A stretch of 64,000 nucleotides of DNA from Paramecium tetraurelia. Its lineage: Eukaryota. The stretch is from contig CT868207.1 of assembly GCA_000165425.1 (NCBI GenBank), positions 186,001 through 250,000 of the forward strand. Reading direction: 5' to 3'. Below the pieces are notes generated by a model. That model did not search any database, was not told the origin of the DNA, and saw nothing but the letters and a program-made list of their open reading frames with translations. How positions within the stretch are numbered: the stretch's first letter is position 1; the number at the start of each line of letters is the position of its first letter. Position numbers and translations under genes: made by a program. Positions 1 to 12,075 of this stretch are shown piece after piece.

Positions 1-852
1 CTAACCTTAAGAGAATCTATTAGTTTTAAAAGATCTTTATTGTTCGTTTTATATTGATTATTCACAATTTACTCCATATGCACCGTTGGGCACTTCTGTG
101 GATTCGATGTAACTTGTGAATAATTATGATGAGAAAAAGATGCTTGAGTAATTGATTTTGCATTATTTTGTTTTATCTGTTTCTAATTTAAATAACTCAA
201 AGGTTTTAGATGAATTTCCGATTTTGGAATAACGTTTTTTAACATCTGATTCATATAAATCGAAACCTAACTTTTTCTAGGTTCTCGGGCACTATTTATG
301 ACATGATGGAAAAATGTCTCCTCATCAGGAGTTGTTTTGATCCTTATTTTTTTTATAACAAAAATTACCTTTACGATTATCGCGAATGAGGTATACTAAT
401 CAATGGTTATTGCTATAACTGAGTTGGAGCACTAATTTAAGATTTTTTTAATGTTGTTAAATTTCTAACTGCTTTTAATATATGCATTCTCTTTCTAAAT
501 TTCTTAATAGCCTCTACTTTATATGATAAGATAAAAATAATAGCATTTGTTGCTGCTTTAAATCTTTTAAAAATCCTTCTTCTTTTCTACCATCTTTAAA
601 TTTATGAATTCATTACCTTGTTTCACAGAATGGATATTGTTTTTTTATTGTCTCACTAAATTAACTACATTTTCCACATTCTGAACATTCGCAACTCAAA
701 TCAGTTTTTATATATTCTTTATCAAGCATTGCCCGATTCAAATAGAATTGAGTTTGCTTCTTTTTTGATAAAAATTTGGAGGGATTGTCCTTCAATGTTC
801 TAACATGTTTCAATTCATAAAAGTCATTTTAAGATAGAGAGCTTTCAGACAT
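1..852 (-). CDS. Hypothetical protein, 3' end runs off the window
   Basis: ATG at 852. Code-6 reading MSESSLSQNDFYELKHVRTLKDNPSKFLSKKKQTQFYLNRAMLDKEYIKTDLSCECSECGKCSQ... with a CxCxxCxxC cluster and short GT-AG introns. Confidence 0.7.
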
Positions 853-1601
853 TTATTAAAAAATAAATATCCTTAAATAAAGAATTGAGACTTAAATTGA
901 TTTAATTCAGTCATTCTAGATATTAGTTATTAGATATTGTTCACCATACTAAGAGCTTACATTGAAAAAAAACTAAAATTATGCGAAATACTTAGGTGAA
1001 GATGGTGTGAATATTCATCTAAATTATTGGACTATCAATATAAGTTTATTATAAGAATTAATTTAACAAAAGAATAATTATCTTTGCTTTTATTTGCAAT
1101 CTATTAGGTAATTATTAATATTTGTTCAACATAAAATTATAAATATTATCGTTCAAAAAGTCCAATTTTAATAATAAAAGTAATCCCAATTAAAGAGTAA
1201 ATTTTATGAGAAATAATAAATTTATGTAACAATTGCAAGATTATAACTGATAGTAAAAAACAAATTCTTACCGTATGGTTTCAATTAAGTTTCATAAGAC
1301 ATCGTTTTTAGAACTTTCATATTCTTAATTTTATCTAAAATGTATATCAAGCCTAAATTATGAAGTTATCGATTGTATTTTAGCTATTTAATTTTTAAGT
1401 CTTTCGATCACTCGTATATAGACAGGAAAACTATATAAACTTCATTACAAGATTTCCTAGCCGTTGATAATATTTTAGAGAAAAAAATTCAATTGAAAAT
1501 TTTATTTGACAAGTTTAGATTTATTTGAGATATATATATATTTGACCAATTATTCTTTAATGATTAGGTTATTATAAAGTTAAACATAAATTATTATTAG
1601 T

Positions 1602-3210
1602 TCATTAAAGATAATCAAATTCTTCATCTTCAAAGTTTCTACCAATTATTTTACTATGATATTACAATTAAATTACTCGAAAATTTCAGATTCTAAATAT
1701 TATTATTATTATGATTACTAATTGGCATTGCTATTGCCAAGAGTAAATTATAAAACACTTCTTCCAACTTGCATTTCTATACCATTTAGTTCTGGAATTA
1801 AGGGAATTACACCTTATTGAATGAGAATTAATGTTCCAAACTTAGATTTATTATCGGTTAAATAAATTTATCCATCTATTAATTTAATTGTTCCATGATT
1901 TCTGCTTACTGATATATCGTTCACTCGAATTTCTGTTTCATTTGCTCTGCCTATTTTTAATTCATTAGATCTTGCAAATTTGACTTAACCATTATTATTA
2001 TTTTCAAAAGAAACAATATAGACTCCATTACATTAATTCCATTAAGTATCTTCATTCATGTTGTTTTCTTACATTTCCTATATGATTATCAGATATTTTA
2101 ATACTTCATATCGTTTCTGAGTGATTTCCATCAAAATATATGGGTATTCAGTAGGTTTACTCAATTCTATTAAATCGAATATTCCTTCATCACTTTTGAA
2201 AATGGGTGGATAATTAAATTTACATAATTCACATTCCAAGTTCTTCCACATATAAATGACACAATGATCACTCTATTTTGTTTGGAATTTAGACTTCAAC
2301 CATTTTTTTAAACAGTTAAGATGTATATATTTAATAGAGCCAGTACATTTGCATGGATTTACAAGTGGATTCGATCTGCTATATGCACTACTGCAACAGA
2401 CTCTGCATGTAATGGCATCTGATTAACTAGATTTTGCAGAATCTGAATCTTATCTTTCAATAAAAAGAGAAAGATTACATCAATTATCTTTAATTTAACT
2501 GAATTTCTCTGATCTTAAATTTCACTCTCCCCATCTTTATGACATCCCCTTCCTTTAATTTAATCCCATTGTTGCTCATCATTTACTGGATAGATCTTAC
2601 CACCAGCCACAATTTACTCCCTTTTTCCATCAATTTAGTATTAGTTCTCTAACTCATACTGATTTTTTGATGATGACTGTACTTCTTAATTATGTCATTA
2701 GGTTAATGAAATTCATCCCCCTCCAATTAATCCAGATTTTCCGATTATTAAAAGTCTTTATTATCTCCATGATACTTGGTAGTTTATTCTTACTTGTCGT
2801 CTTCATAATTTTATTTACATTCTCCTCTTTTATTTATTATACTGAAAATTCCTTCATTTTTATCAATTCTGAATAGAATCTGTTCCTATTTAATTACACT
2901 CTTATTCCAATCTACATCATCATCGATCCATTATAATTCGTTATTATTTTTAATTAAGTACCCTCCCTTACTTATCTTTTATAATTAATCCATTTACTTA
3001 AAAGTTCTACTCTTTTAAATGACTCTAGTTTTCATAATCAAAAAGTGAAAATGATTCTTTCTGCCAAGTCTTTATCTTTATGAACAAATCTTTGGCTGCT
3101 CCTTCTTAATTATTAACCCTATAATCATCATTTGTAGCAATTTCTTGTATATGTAGATTGGAATTGATTGGATCAGATTCACAAAATTTACGACACTGGC
3201 AACTTCCCAT
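1602..3210 (-). CDS. N-acylated FHA-like / RINGv (C4HC3) / FHA E3 ubiquitin ligase
   Basis: Starts [10 protein letters not shown]. Has [18 protein letters not shown], RINGv [36 protein letters not shown], and [23 protein letters not shown]...DNKSKFGT. A 23-nt intron near the 3' end restores the frame to TGA at 1602-1604. Confidence 0.9.
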
Positions 3211-3246
3211 TATAAATAATATATTAATTAATATAAAATATGATAT

Positions 3247-4041
3247 TCAAACAATCAGAGCAAACCAACTTAAAAACAAATAGAATAAAATCACTGGGTA
3301 AAGTGCTAATATTCTTTTCTATTCTGGAATTAATAATTTCATGAATCCTACCGCAGCTATAAAATAAATTTCAGTAATCTTACAGTAAGTGGACCATAGA
3401 AAACATCCAATAACCAAAAACATCTTCAAATAAAAGAACTAAAAGAATAAAGTAAATAATGCTCCTAAATTTATTGGAAATACACAATATCCCAGAACAC
3501 AAACTGATTGGAAAAATGATCTTAATTTTATTTTTATATTTACACTTTTCCACCCAATAATTAAGCATTTAGAGTAACCACAAAGGATCCAACCCAAATA
3601 AGTACAAATATTGTTGCAAATATTCCTGGGCCATCATCATTATTACCGCTCAAACTTAGGGTTCTAAATGTCAAACTAAAATATACAATGCAAGCATCAA
3701 ACAAAATACTAATGGTCCCCACAAATCCCCTAGTAATATTAAAAAAATTCATTTACAATTTCTGAGTTCTCTAGCATTATCAGTTGACATTGTAGGTACC
3801 AAAACGCATCTCAATTTTATTCCTATTTATCTCAAATCTCGAAGCTATGTTTTAAATTTAGATGTACTAATGTGACTGCTACGCTTTCTTCTAGTGTGCT
3901 AGAAACTTGAATGTCAGTTTGTTTAATTTATATTTCTTACTATTATACTTAGACTTAGTTCACTTAATTCACCTAAGGCTAAAGATTTATTATTCCTTAT
4001 ATGGAGTTATTGGCTTAATTTTCTTAAACTTCAAATTCCAT
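3247..4041 (-). CDS. YIPF6: Yip1-domain Golgi/ER membrane protein (YIPF6-like)
   Basis: After splicing 23-27 nt introns: STLEESVAVTLLRDLRQIGIKLRCVLVP...ELRNWDLWGPLVFCLMLA, several TM segments, ending YPVILFYLFLSWFALIV. Confidence 0.88.
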
Positions 4042-4681
4042 TTTTTTTATAGATATAAATTATATATATTCAATATTATCCAAAAATTTCTTCTTTAATC
4101 GGAAGATTCTGAACTTATATATAATTAAGTAATTTTATCCTTAGGTTGATAGATTTATTATTAAGGCAAGGCCCCTCGATAACCATAAATGTTATGCAGA
4201 TCCTAATTCTTTTTTTCTTAATTTACCTTAAGTTATCAACTTCAAGTGATTTCATTTGTGTATCTAATTATGTAGAATTCTTATCTAATAATCTATTTCT
4301 TGTGATAACCCTAATAAATGTTGGTGTATACCCCAAATTAAAATAGCATAATTAGCAGAAAAAAATTTTATATCAGCATTTGTAGTTCTACTTTTTTTAT
4401 TTTATCGTCTCTATTTTTTAGGTAATAAATGATACACATTTAATAATTTTAATCTATTAAATTGAAAAATTTGGTTTCGGTTGTATTATATTAATGAAGA
4501 GTATGCTATGCTTTATTAATTATTAAATTTTATCAGAATTCTTTGTTGATTTGAGTTTTATTTCACTTTCTTCAAGATTTTAATCAAAAAATTATAATTT
4601 CAATTGAATCAATAATACATTTTAAAGTTTAGTTTACAGAATTTTCAAGCAATAATATACTAAAGATCATTAAAATAATAA

Positions 4682-5611
4682 ATGAATAATGTTTTAAAAC
4701 ATAGGTTATTCACATCACCAGATTATAGTTATTAAAAAAAGGACGATGAAGATGAACTAATCAACCCTATGGTTGACTCATTTTTTTCATAAAAATCTTA
4801 AAATACCTTGAAATCAAATTCTAGTCCACCAAAAAATATTAAATTAATTCTCAGAAGTGATAAGAAAACCTAATATATTAAACCATAACAATATTAAGTA
4901 CAAAGAGACTGTTTAGATATCAAATCAAAATAAGAAAAAAAATATTAGCAGTTAGACTGCCTTATTCCCTAAATTAAATTAGTTTAAAGGAATGAGAAAC
5001 AACGTCGAATTGAATGCTTCAATGGTGAAGAGGTAACAATAGATCAAAAGATTTACTTCAATAAATGCCATGAAATTAGGAACATTTATTATATGACATC
5101 AATTGGGTATAAGTTGGGTATTGAAGAAGTAGAAGTTGAAAAAGAACCTTAAATATAAAATAGTGTATCCATCTCTGAGAAGATGATAAAATCCATTAGA
5201 GCTAAAAAATAGTTCTAAAAAGCAAAGAATAAGATAACTCACATTAAATTAGTGTCAGAGATTTCAAAGAGTTTTTCAGATGAAACAAAAAGATAAAAAT
5301 TAGATAGAGAACATTCTGATCATATCAATCAATTACTTAATGATCCAAGTGCTATTGTGAAAAGCGAACATCAATTGGGAGAGTTAATTGGTTAAACAAA
5401 AATTGTAACAACATATAAAAATTAAGATAATTATCAAACCTATCAATAACCAAATAACATTATTATAAGAAAAGAGAAAAAGGCAAGCATTCATCTATCG
5501 AAATCGTTAATCATACATGTATTTTGTACTATAGGAATTCTGATATTAATTGTCATATTGGCATATGCAAAAACTATAAATGGATTCCATTAATAGAATG
5601 AAGATTTATGA
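4682..5611 (+). CDS. Hypothetical protein with single C-terminal TM helix
   Basis: 930-nt code-6 ORF starting MNNVLKHRLFTSPDY and ending LIIHVFCTIGILILIVILAYAKTINGFHQQNEDL. Confidence 0.75.
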
Positions 5612-5692
5612 AATTTATTTTTTTCTTTTGTTTAATATGAGAAATCATAAATATTTTAATTAAAAGTATTATCAATAAGAAATTGTTCAATA

Positions 5693-6418
5693 ATGAATAC
5701 ATTAAATAACATGACCAATCCTTATAACATGCCATCTATGCCATATGGAGGTATTTTAGATCCAGATGGCTGCAGAATGCTTGCTAGAAAAATCTTTTAG
5801 ACTTATGATAGTATAAAAAAGGAAAATTTAATATAAAAGTCTCCAAAAAAGGATATATAGATGTTGTTGATGTTGGATCCATGTTTACAGATGCATACAG
5901 AGCGTAGAATATCACGATCAAGCCTAAAGTCAATGAGACGAATGGTTTTCTGAGAGCAATTAATAGTATGAATATCTGATTGATGGTTAGAGAGTGCTTA
6001 GAATAGAGTTACATTACAAGATGTGGAGTAGTATTGTTTGAAGAAATTTTGCGGTACTTCTTATTAGTTCAAATAACAACAATCAGCCAACAAGTTGATA
6101 TTTAAATAACAATAGACAACCTAATTATATTGAAGAGAGACTCGAAGTGGCAAGAAGTCTTTTCAAGAAGCTTGACGCAGACGGCTCTGGGTACATAACT
6201 GAAGATGAGGTTTATGAGATAATTCGTGAAACATACAGATAGATGGGTATTTGTAATATGTGAGGGTAGGAATGAAATATGAGCCTACTGTTGATGATGT
6301 CCGAAGTTGGATTCATATGACTGATTCGGATGGGGATGGGAAAGTTACTTTAGAGGATTATGAAAACTTGGTGTTGAAGTCATTGCAACAATAAGCGATT
6401 TCATATAATCTAAGTTGA
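5693..6418 (+). CDS. EF-hand calcium-binding protein, TCBP-25/PCBP-25 family
   Basis: Three introns. C-lobe EERLEVARSLFKKLDADGSGYITEDEV...PTVDDVRSWIHMTDSDGDGKVTLEDYENLVLKSLQ closely resembles the Tetrahymena 25-kDa Ca-binding protein. Confidence 0.88.
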
Positions 6419-6439
6419 TTTATTATTTTTATTAATAAT

Positions 6440-8758
6440 ATGGATAATTAAGAATAGGTTTTAATAGTTAACTATACTTAATTATAATCTGTTCAATCCT
6501 AATTCGAGTCTATTAATGAATAACTGGCTAAGCTCATTCCAAAAGTATTAAATCATTATAAACTAGAAAAAATACAAACAAATATATGCATTACTGTCAA
6601 AATTCTTTGATCGTTATGATCATTCTAGTTAAATTCATTTGAATGACAAAATTCACTTTTAAAATATTCTGCTCAAAGCTTTAAATAAGATCTATTAAAA
6701 ATGTATGCTAAAGGATATGTCTCGTAAAAATATTATCGACATTAAAATATGGAAATAGAAAATAGCTAAATACTTGGAAATCTATCCTGTTCTTATATCT
6801 AAACTTACTTCCAATTTCGACATGATCTAAATTGAAACTAAACATAGTTTAAGAGACTAAATTAGGAACTCCATGTTGAAGGATAAATTACAATAGCAAA
6901 TTCATATCACAAATAATAATGCGAAACTCAAACTGAACTAAATAGTGACTAATTTCTCTTTAGAATAAGAATATGACAGTTATTTATAAAATATTATGGT
7001 TTCTTTCAGACTTTTAAGTTATTAGGATATCAAGCCATAAGAAAAAGGCAGATATGCAAAATTGTCATTTGATATCAGCAAAATCTTACTTCAGGGAAAA
7101 GGAAAAAGAGCCTCTAAATTATCTCAGTACATTTTATGTGCTACTAACTTATTAATTAAAAGTTTTGAAAATAATAATGATATGGCTCAGGAAATTTTAG
7201 AAGAAGTCAATAGTTCAATTACAATTAATTATTTAACATATTTAGTATAGTAATTAGAGGCCAATAACGATTTTAAAAGAAAACTCAAATGTAAATGGAA
7301 ATTCATGAAATTATTAAAACCATTAACTTGGTTTTGGATGCAATCTATCTATTATTATCAATCCATTTTTAAATTTGAAAAATGCTAGGCCATTATGACA
7401 CTACTAAAATGGCTAAGTTTTTATTATCTTCTTCAGAATGATGAACTAGCAAACTATATTCAAAATGTGTCCTCATTGACATATTCTAAATACAAAGAAT
7501 TAATTATATTCAATTCAGTAATAGAAGCCGTTTGTTTAGATGATGATGTGGGAATGCCAAGATTAAAGAAATTGATGAGAGATAATTAAGAATAGAATCA
7601 AGAGAAATAGTAATATAAACAATCAGTCAATTATTATTATAATGTGAATGATAAGAACACCTCATTTTAACCAGAATTTTATTATTGCACTCCTTAGATC
7701 AAAGCATTGGCTTAACAAAAAAAGAATACTGATGCACCATTTATCGATATCCCTGTTGAAAATCTGAGTTCTATGGACACTCGTCAATCTAGCAAAACTT
7801 TGAAGTGTCCAAAAAGATTAAATACATCATTTAATTTGAATGTATAAAAGTCTTTTCGTGGATCAATATCATAATTCTCGACAAGTTTCTCAGAGAAGAA
7901 GAATTAGTCAATGTGTGCCAATAGTCAATAAGTGCAATAAATCTAGCAAAATACAGTTCCTATGCTTGATAAAATGATTAAAAAACTGATCGAAGAGAAA
8001 ATAGTTCTTGATAATATAGAGTAATTTATTATTCCATAAATATTAGGGATAAGAAATCTCAATCACAGTAATTACTAAGTAAAGAGAAGCTCTAATAAAA
8101 GGAGAATGATTTCTACAAAAAGCTATTGAAATACAAGACATAATTTTCAAAATTCGTCTCTCCAGTCAAAATGAAATCAAATTAAGAAGTCATTACAAAA
8201 TAAGATTTATAAATGAGAGTTATTGATAGACAAACATTAGTTGATTCTAAGAACTCCTAAACTATTACATTTTAAACAAAACAGAACGATTAGGATACAT
8301 CGTTGTTATCCTTTGAAAAGCCTGGAGCTTCATTAGGCCCACTATAAAAATTGAAGAAAATCATCTTTAAGCATCCTGAAGTGTTTTCCCTTCAAAAATT
8401 AAGGAACAAACTTAAGTCGTCCAAAAAATGGTACAATAAAGCAAATGCAACTCGAATATCGAATACAAGTATATATCTGCATAAGACATATATAGGAAGA
8501 TCAATAATGTCGTAAAAATCAAAGGATCACATAACTACAGATTTGAATTAATTAAGAGATAGATCATAGACGCAATTAAGGAAGAAACTTAGCGAAACTT
8601 AATTTCAATTGGAAGCAGTGGAGAAGGAAATGAGGAGTTATAGTGTTAAAATAAAGTATTCTAGATAAAATGCGGATTAACCTTTGCAGCTCGACAATAA
8701 ATATCAAATATTAAGTAGATCTATAATAAAATAAGAGATGAGTAAAAAATAAATTTGA
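6440..8758 (+). CDS. Large hypothetical protein (helical N-half, low-complexity C-half)
   Basis: Continuous code-6 frame with introns near 6545 and 8021. Includes track ORFs 7062 and 7395. TGA at 8756-8758. Confidence 0.75.
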
Positions 8759-8838
8759 TATATTTTATTGATATTTTTCCTAATTTTTTGGAATTTGAAT
8801 TTGAATATAATAATTAGCGGAAAAATATTTTTCAAAAG

Positions 8839-10039
8839 ATGGAAGAAGATCAAAGTATATATATATATAATGTTCATTAGACTTAGTCTCATTATCATTA
8901 CTCAATGATGAGTAGGATTAGAAATTGTTAGAAAAAATATCTAGCAAGAGTAAAAAAATTTTCAAAATTGTATACCCAAATAAGTATTTATAATGCCTAG
9001 TATTCTTTAGTAAACAATTAATCAAATACAAGATCTATAATAGAAAGGAAAAAAGTTTGGAGGAATTGAGTAAGAAATTTGTACGATGTCTGATTGATTA
9101 TGATGAGAAAATTATCTGCTTGGATTAAATCACCGAAGAGTTGGGTATTGTATTATACAAACTTAGGTGTTGAAAGAAGGAGAATTTATGATATAATTAA
9201 TATACTCGAAAGCTTGTAAGTAGTGAAAAGAAAATGCAAAAATTAATATAGTTGGAGTGGATTCAAAACTATTTATTCAACAATAGAACAAGTATTTTAT
9301 TATATATATATATTTAATAGTATGCCAATAAATAAGTTCATTTCGACATAACTTCGCATAAAAGAGAGAAATCCTTAGAAGTACTCTCAGCTGGGTTTAT
9401 TAAGTTGTTTATGTAACAAAAATCCATTTGGACTTTGGAAGAAGCTGCTAAATATCTCGGAAATGAAGTTGATCAAAATAAATTGAAAACAAAAGTGAGA
9501 AGACTGTATGATATTGCTAATGTCTTAAAGTCTATTGGTTTAATCAAGAAAACTCATTTAGTTTCATCCAAAAAACCTGCATTTTAATGGGTTGGTAAGG
9601 AAGGGTTAAAAGTATTTCAATACAATTTAAAATAACACGAATTAAAAAACTAAGCTTAAGAGAGCAAGGAGAATATAGTTAATGTACCTACTCCTTAAGT
9701 TTAAACTGTGAGTAAACCAGACAGTTTTAATTCCTATAATTCATATGTTGGCAAATGCATAGATCTGCTCATCTAATAACAATTGAATGATAGAAAATAA
9801 TAAACTGAATAAAAAATTAAAGAGCAGAATTAAAATCAAGTCACAGTTATAACTCCAAAACTAAGAAAAACATACACAATTATTGTAAAATATAAAGTTT
9901 AATTTAGCCACTCAGAGTCACAACTCCAAAAAAGGCTTTGCAGATCACTCCGAAAAAAAACCATTCTAATAGTCACACTCCTAATAACAATAAAACTGTA
10001 GTTGGTTCTCTTATTGGGAAGTTTAATTAAAACATATGA
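8839..10039 (+). CDS. Atypical E2F transcription factor with two DNA-binding domains (E2F7/8 / DEL type)
   Basis: DBD1 [15 protein letters not shown]...[18 protein letters not shown]...YSWSG. DBD2 [17 protein letters not shown]...[22 protein letters not shown]...KKPAFQWVG. Confidence 0.93.
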
Positions 10040-10104
10040 TTCTTTTTAGAGATCTATATTTTTCATTAAATTATTTATCATAATACTCTTCTCTGTCTTT
10101 TCTA

Positions 10105-11800
10105 ATGAGGAGAGATCTTAGTACTTAATAAAGTTAGTAAACTGTTGAAAACATTCCCTAGATAGGAACTACGTAATGTCATTTTCATATTTAGATTTCG
10201 GTTTGAGCAGGCCAATTAAGTTTTGAGCTCTGTATTGCTGTCCAATTCTATTTATGCAATAGCAGTTTTACTATTCAGTTTTCAATTGAGTTTTGACGGT
10301 AATCTGCTATCTGTTATTTATTGTATTGATTCAAAATTGTTGTTGCAATTGATACATTAGCTCTATTTTTATCGAATATTCCTACATTTTAACATGTATG
10401 ACAGTCATATTAATTAATTAGAACAGAAAAACACACATTACTAAGATTAATATCAACATTAGTTGAAGGTTCTTATTTACTTGTACTTAATTTATATTAG
10501 ATATCGGGGACTAGAGATTTACTATTACTTTCAAACATATTTCCATTATTAAATATATTTCTATCTGTGATTTTAAAGTTGAATGAAGGAAATTAATACT
10601 TTAAACAATCAATATCATAAATCAATTTGTTTCATGTTTTTAGAAATATTGCTTTATTTATAATTTCAATATTCTTAAGCCTAAAACTTGAAGGATACTT
10701 CGATATATAATGGTTATATGCATTGTGGATGTTTTGGATACTATTTGGGATATCAGCATCTATTGTAATTTATTACATTTTTGTGGTTTTGGCATTAGGA
10801 ATCCAAAGTGTATTAGAACAAAATAGTAGACTAAAAAATTTAGGTTTAAGATTTGTCTATATTCTTAGTTATTATAAACTTCTGGATATTGTTCTTTATG
10901 ATATCGAATACATCCATGCTCCTTTTGATTCCCATATCAATACTAAACTTCCATAACTTAGGAAATTACGGAAACATTATTGACACATCAAGGATTATTC
11001 TAATTATTAACCAAGTCGTCTTTTCTTATTTTACAGTGAGATTTAAACCTGAAATGGTATTCAGCTTATAATCTTATTTATCCTTGAACGATTCTGTTAA
11101 TCCCCTCAACACTCTACCTACTTAACAAGGAGAAATTTAACTCTAATAATTCAACAATAAAGACTTTGGGGAAAGTCGAGTATCAGAGCCCCAAGTGCAT
11201 ATTCCAAAAATAGTAAAGAGAATATCAAAAACTTATTTTGGATTTGAGGATCTACCTACAGATAAAAAGTCTGAGACTTAACTGTCTAGTAAGAAACCCT
11301 CTCATCACAAAGCATTATCATCATAAATATAAAGATGTTCTGATGATCAAAATGAAAAAATCAAATTGTCATCCTTAATTAACATTAAGTTGAGTGGAAG
11401 GCAAAGGAGCATTGCAGATTTAGAAAACAATTCATAAGATATTAAACAAGTACTGTGTATAATTATTTCTGTTTTAGTAAGTTAATGTGCCAAGCTCGAT
11501 CTCTTTATCATCTATTAATTCTTGTTGCATCTGTTTTGAAAATGAACCTAATGCATTATTTATGTAATGTGGCCATGGAGGAGTCTGCTATAATTGTGCC
11601 ATAGACTTGTGGAAAAATAAAGAGGAATGCTATTTATGTCGTAGTGTAATTATGCTCTTAATATTTAGAAAATTGAAAGAGTCTTATAAATCAAAATGAG
11701 TGAATAACAAAAAAATATTTATCAAGTTGTTGCTGCTACTGAATTGAATTAGAAACTAAAATTAGAACAAAAAACCTATACATAGAACTTATAATAATGA
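10105..11800 (+). CDS. Multi-pass membrane protein with C-terminal C3HC4 RING finger
   Basis: Hydrophobic N-half, Ser-rich linker, RING CCICFENEPNALFMQCGHGGVCYNCAIDLWKNKEECYLCR. TGA at 11798-11800. Confidence 0.85.
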
Positions 11801-12075
11801 GTTACTGACTTAAATCTATTGAATTTAATCAAAATTTTTTTTCTTTTTATTTTTCTATTAACATTAAATGTCAATTTATAATAAATTTGACCTTTTTAAT
11901 GCTATTAATCAATCAATATCATTTTCAAATAATTTATTTATACAGTCTTATTATTGAATATGCAATATTGCTAATTTCTATGGAAGTGCATTGTATTTAT
12001 TTCTTAAAACTACAAAATGAAATTTACTCAATAAAAGATCAATCTTAATTTTATAAATTAAAAACGTAAATAGTA

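Noticed and set aside
5560..5611. C-terminal NEDL as an ER-retention signal
   Set aside because: It does not match K/H-D-E-L, and there is no other supporting evidence.
8856..9312. (TA)n runs in E2F introns and elsewhere (about 1530, 39577)
   Set aside because: Short microsatellites are expected in DNA this AT-rich.
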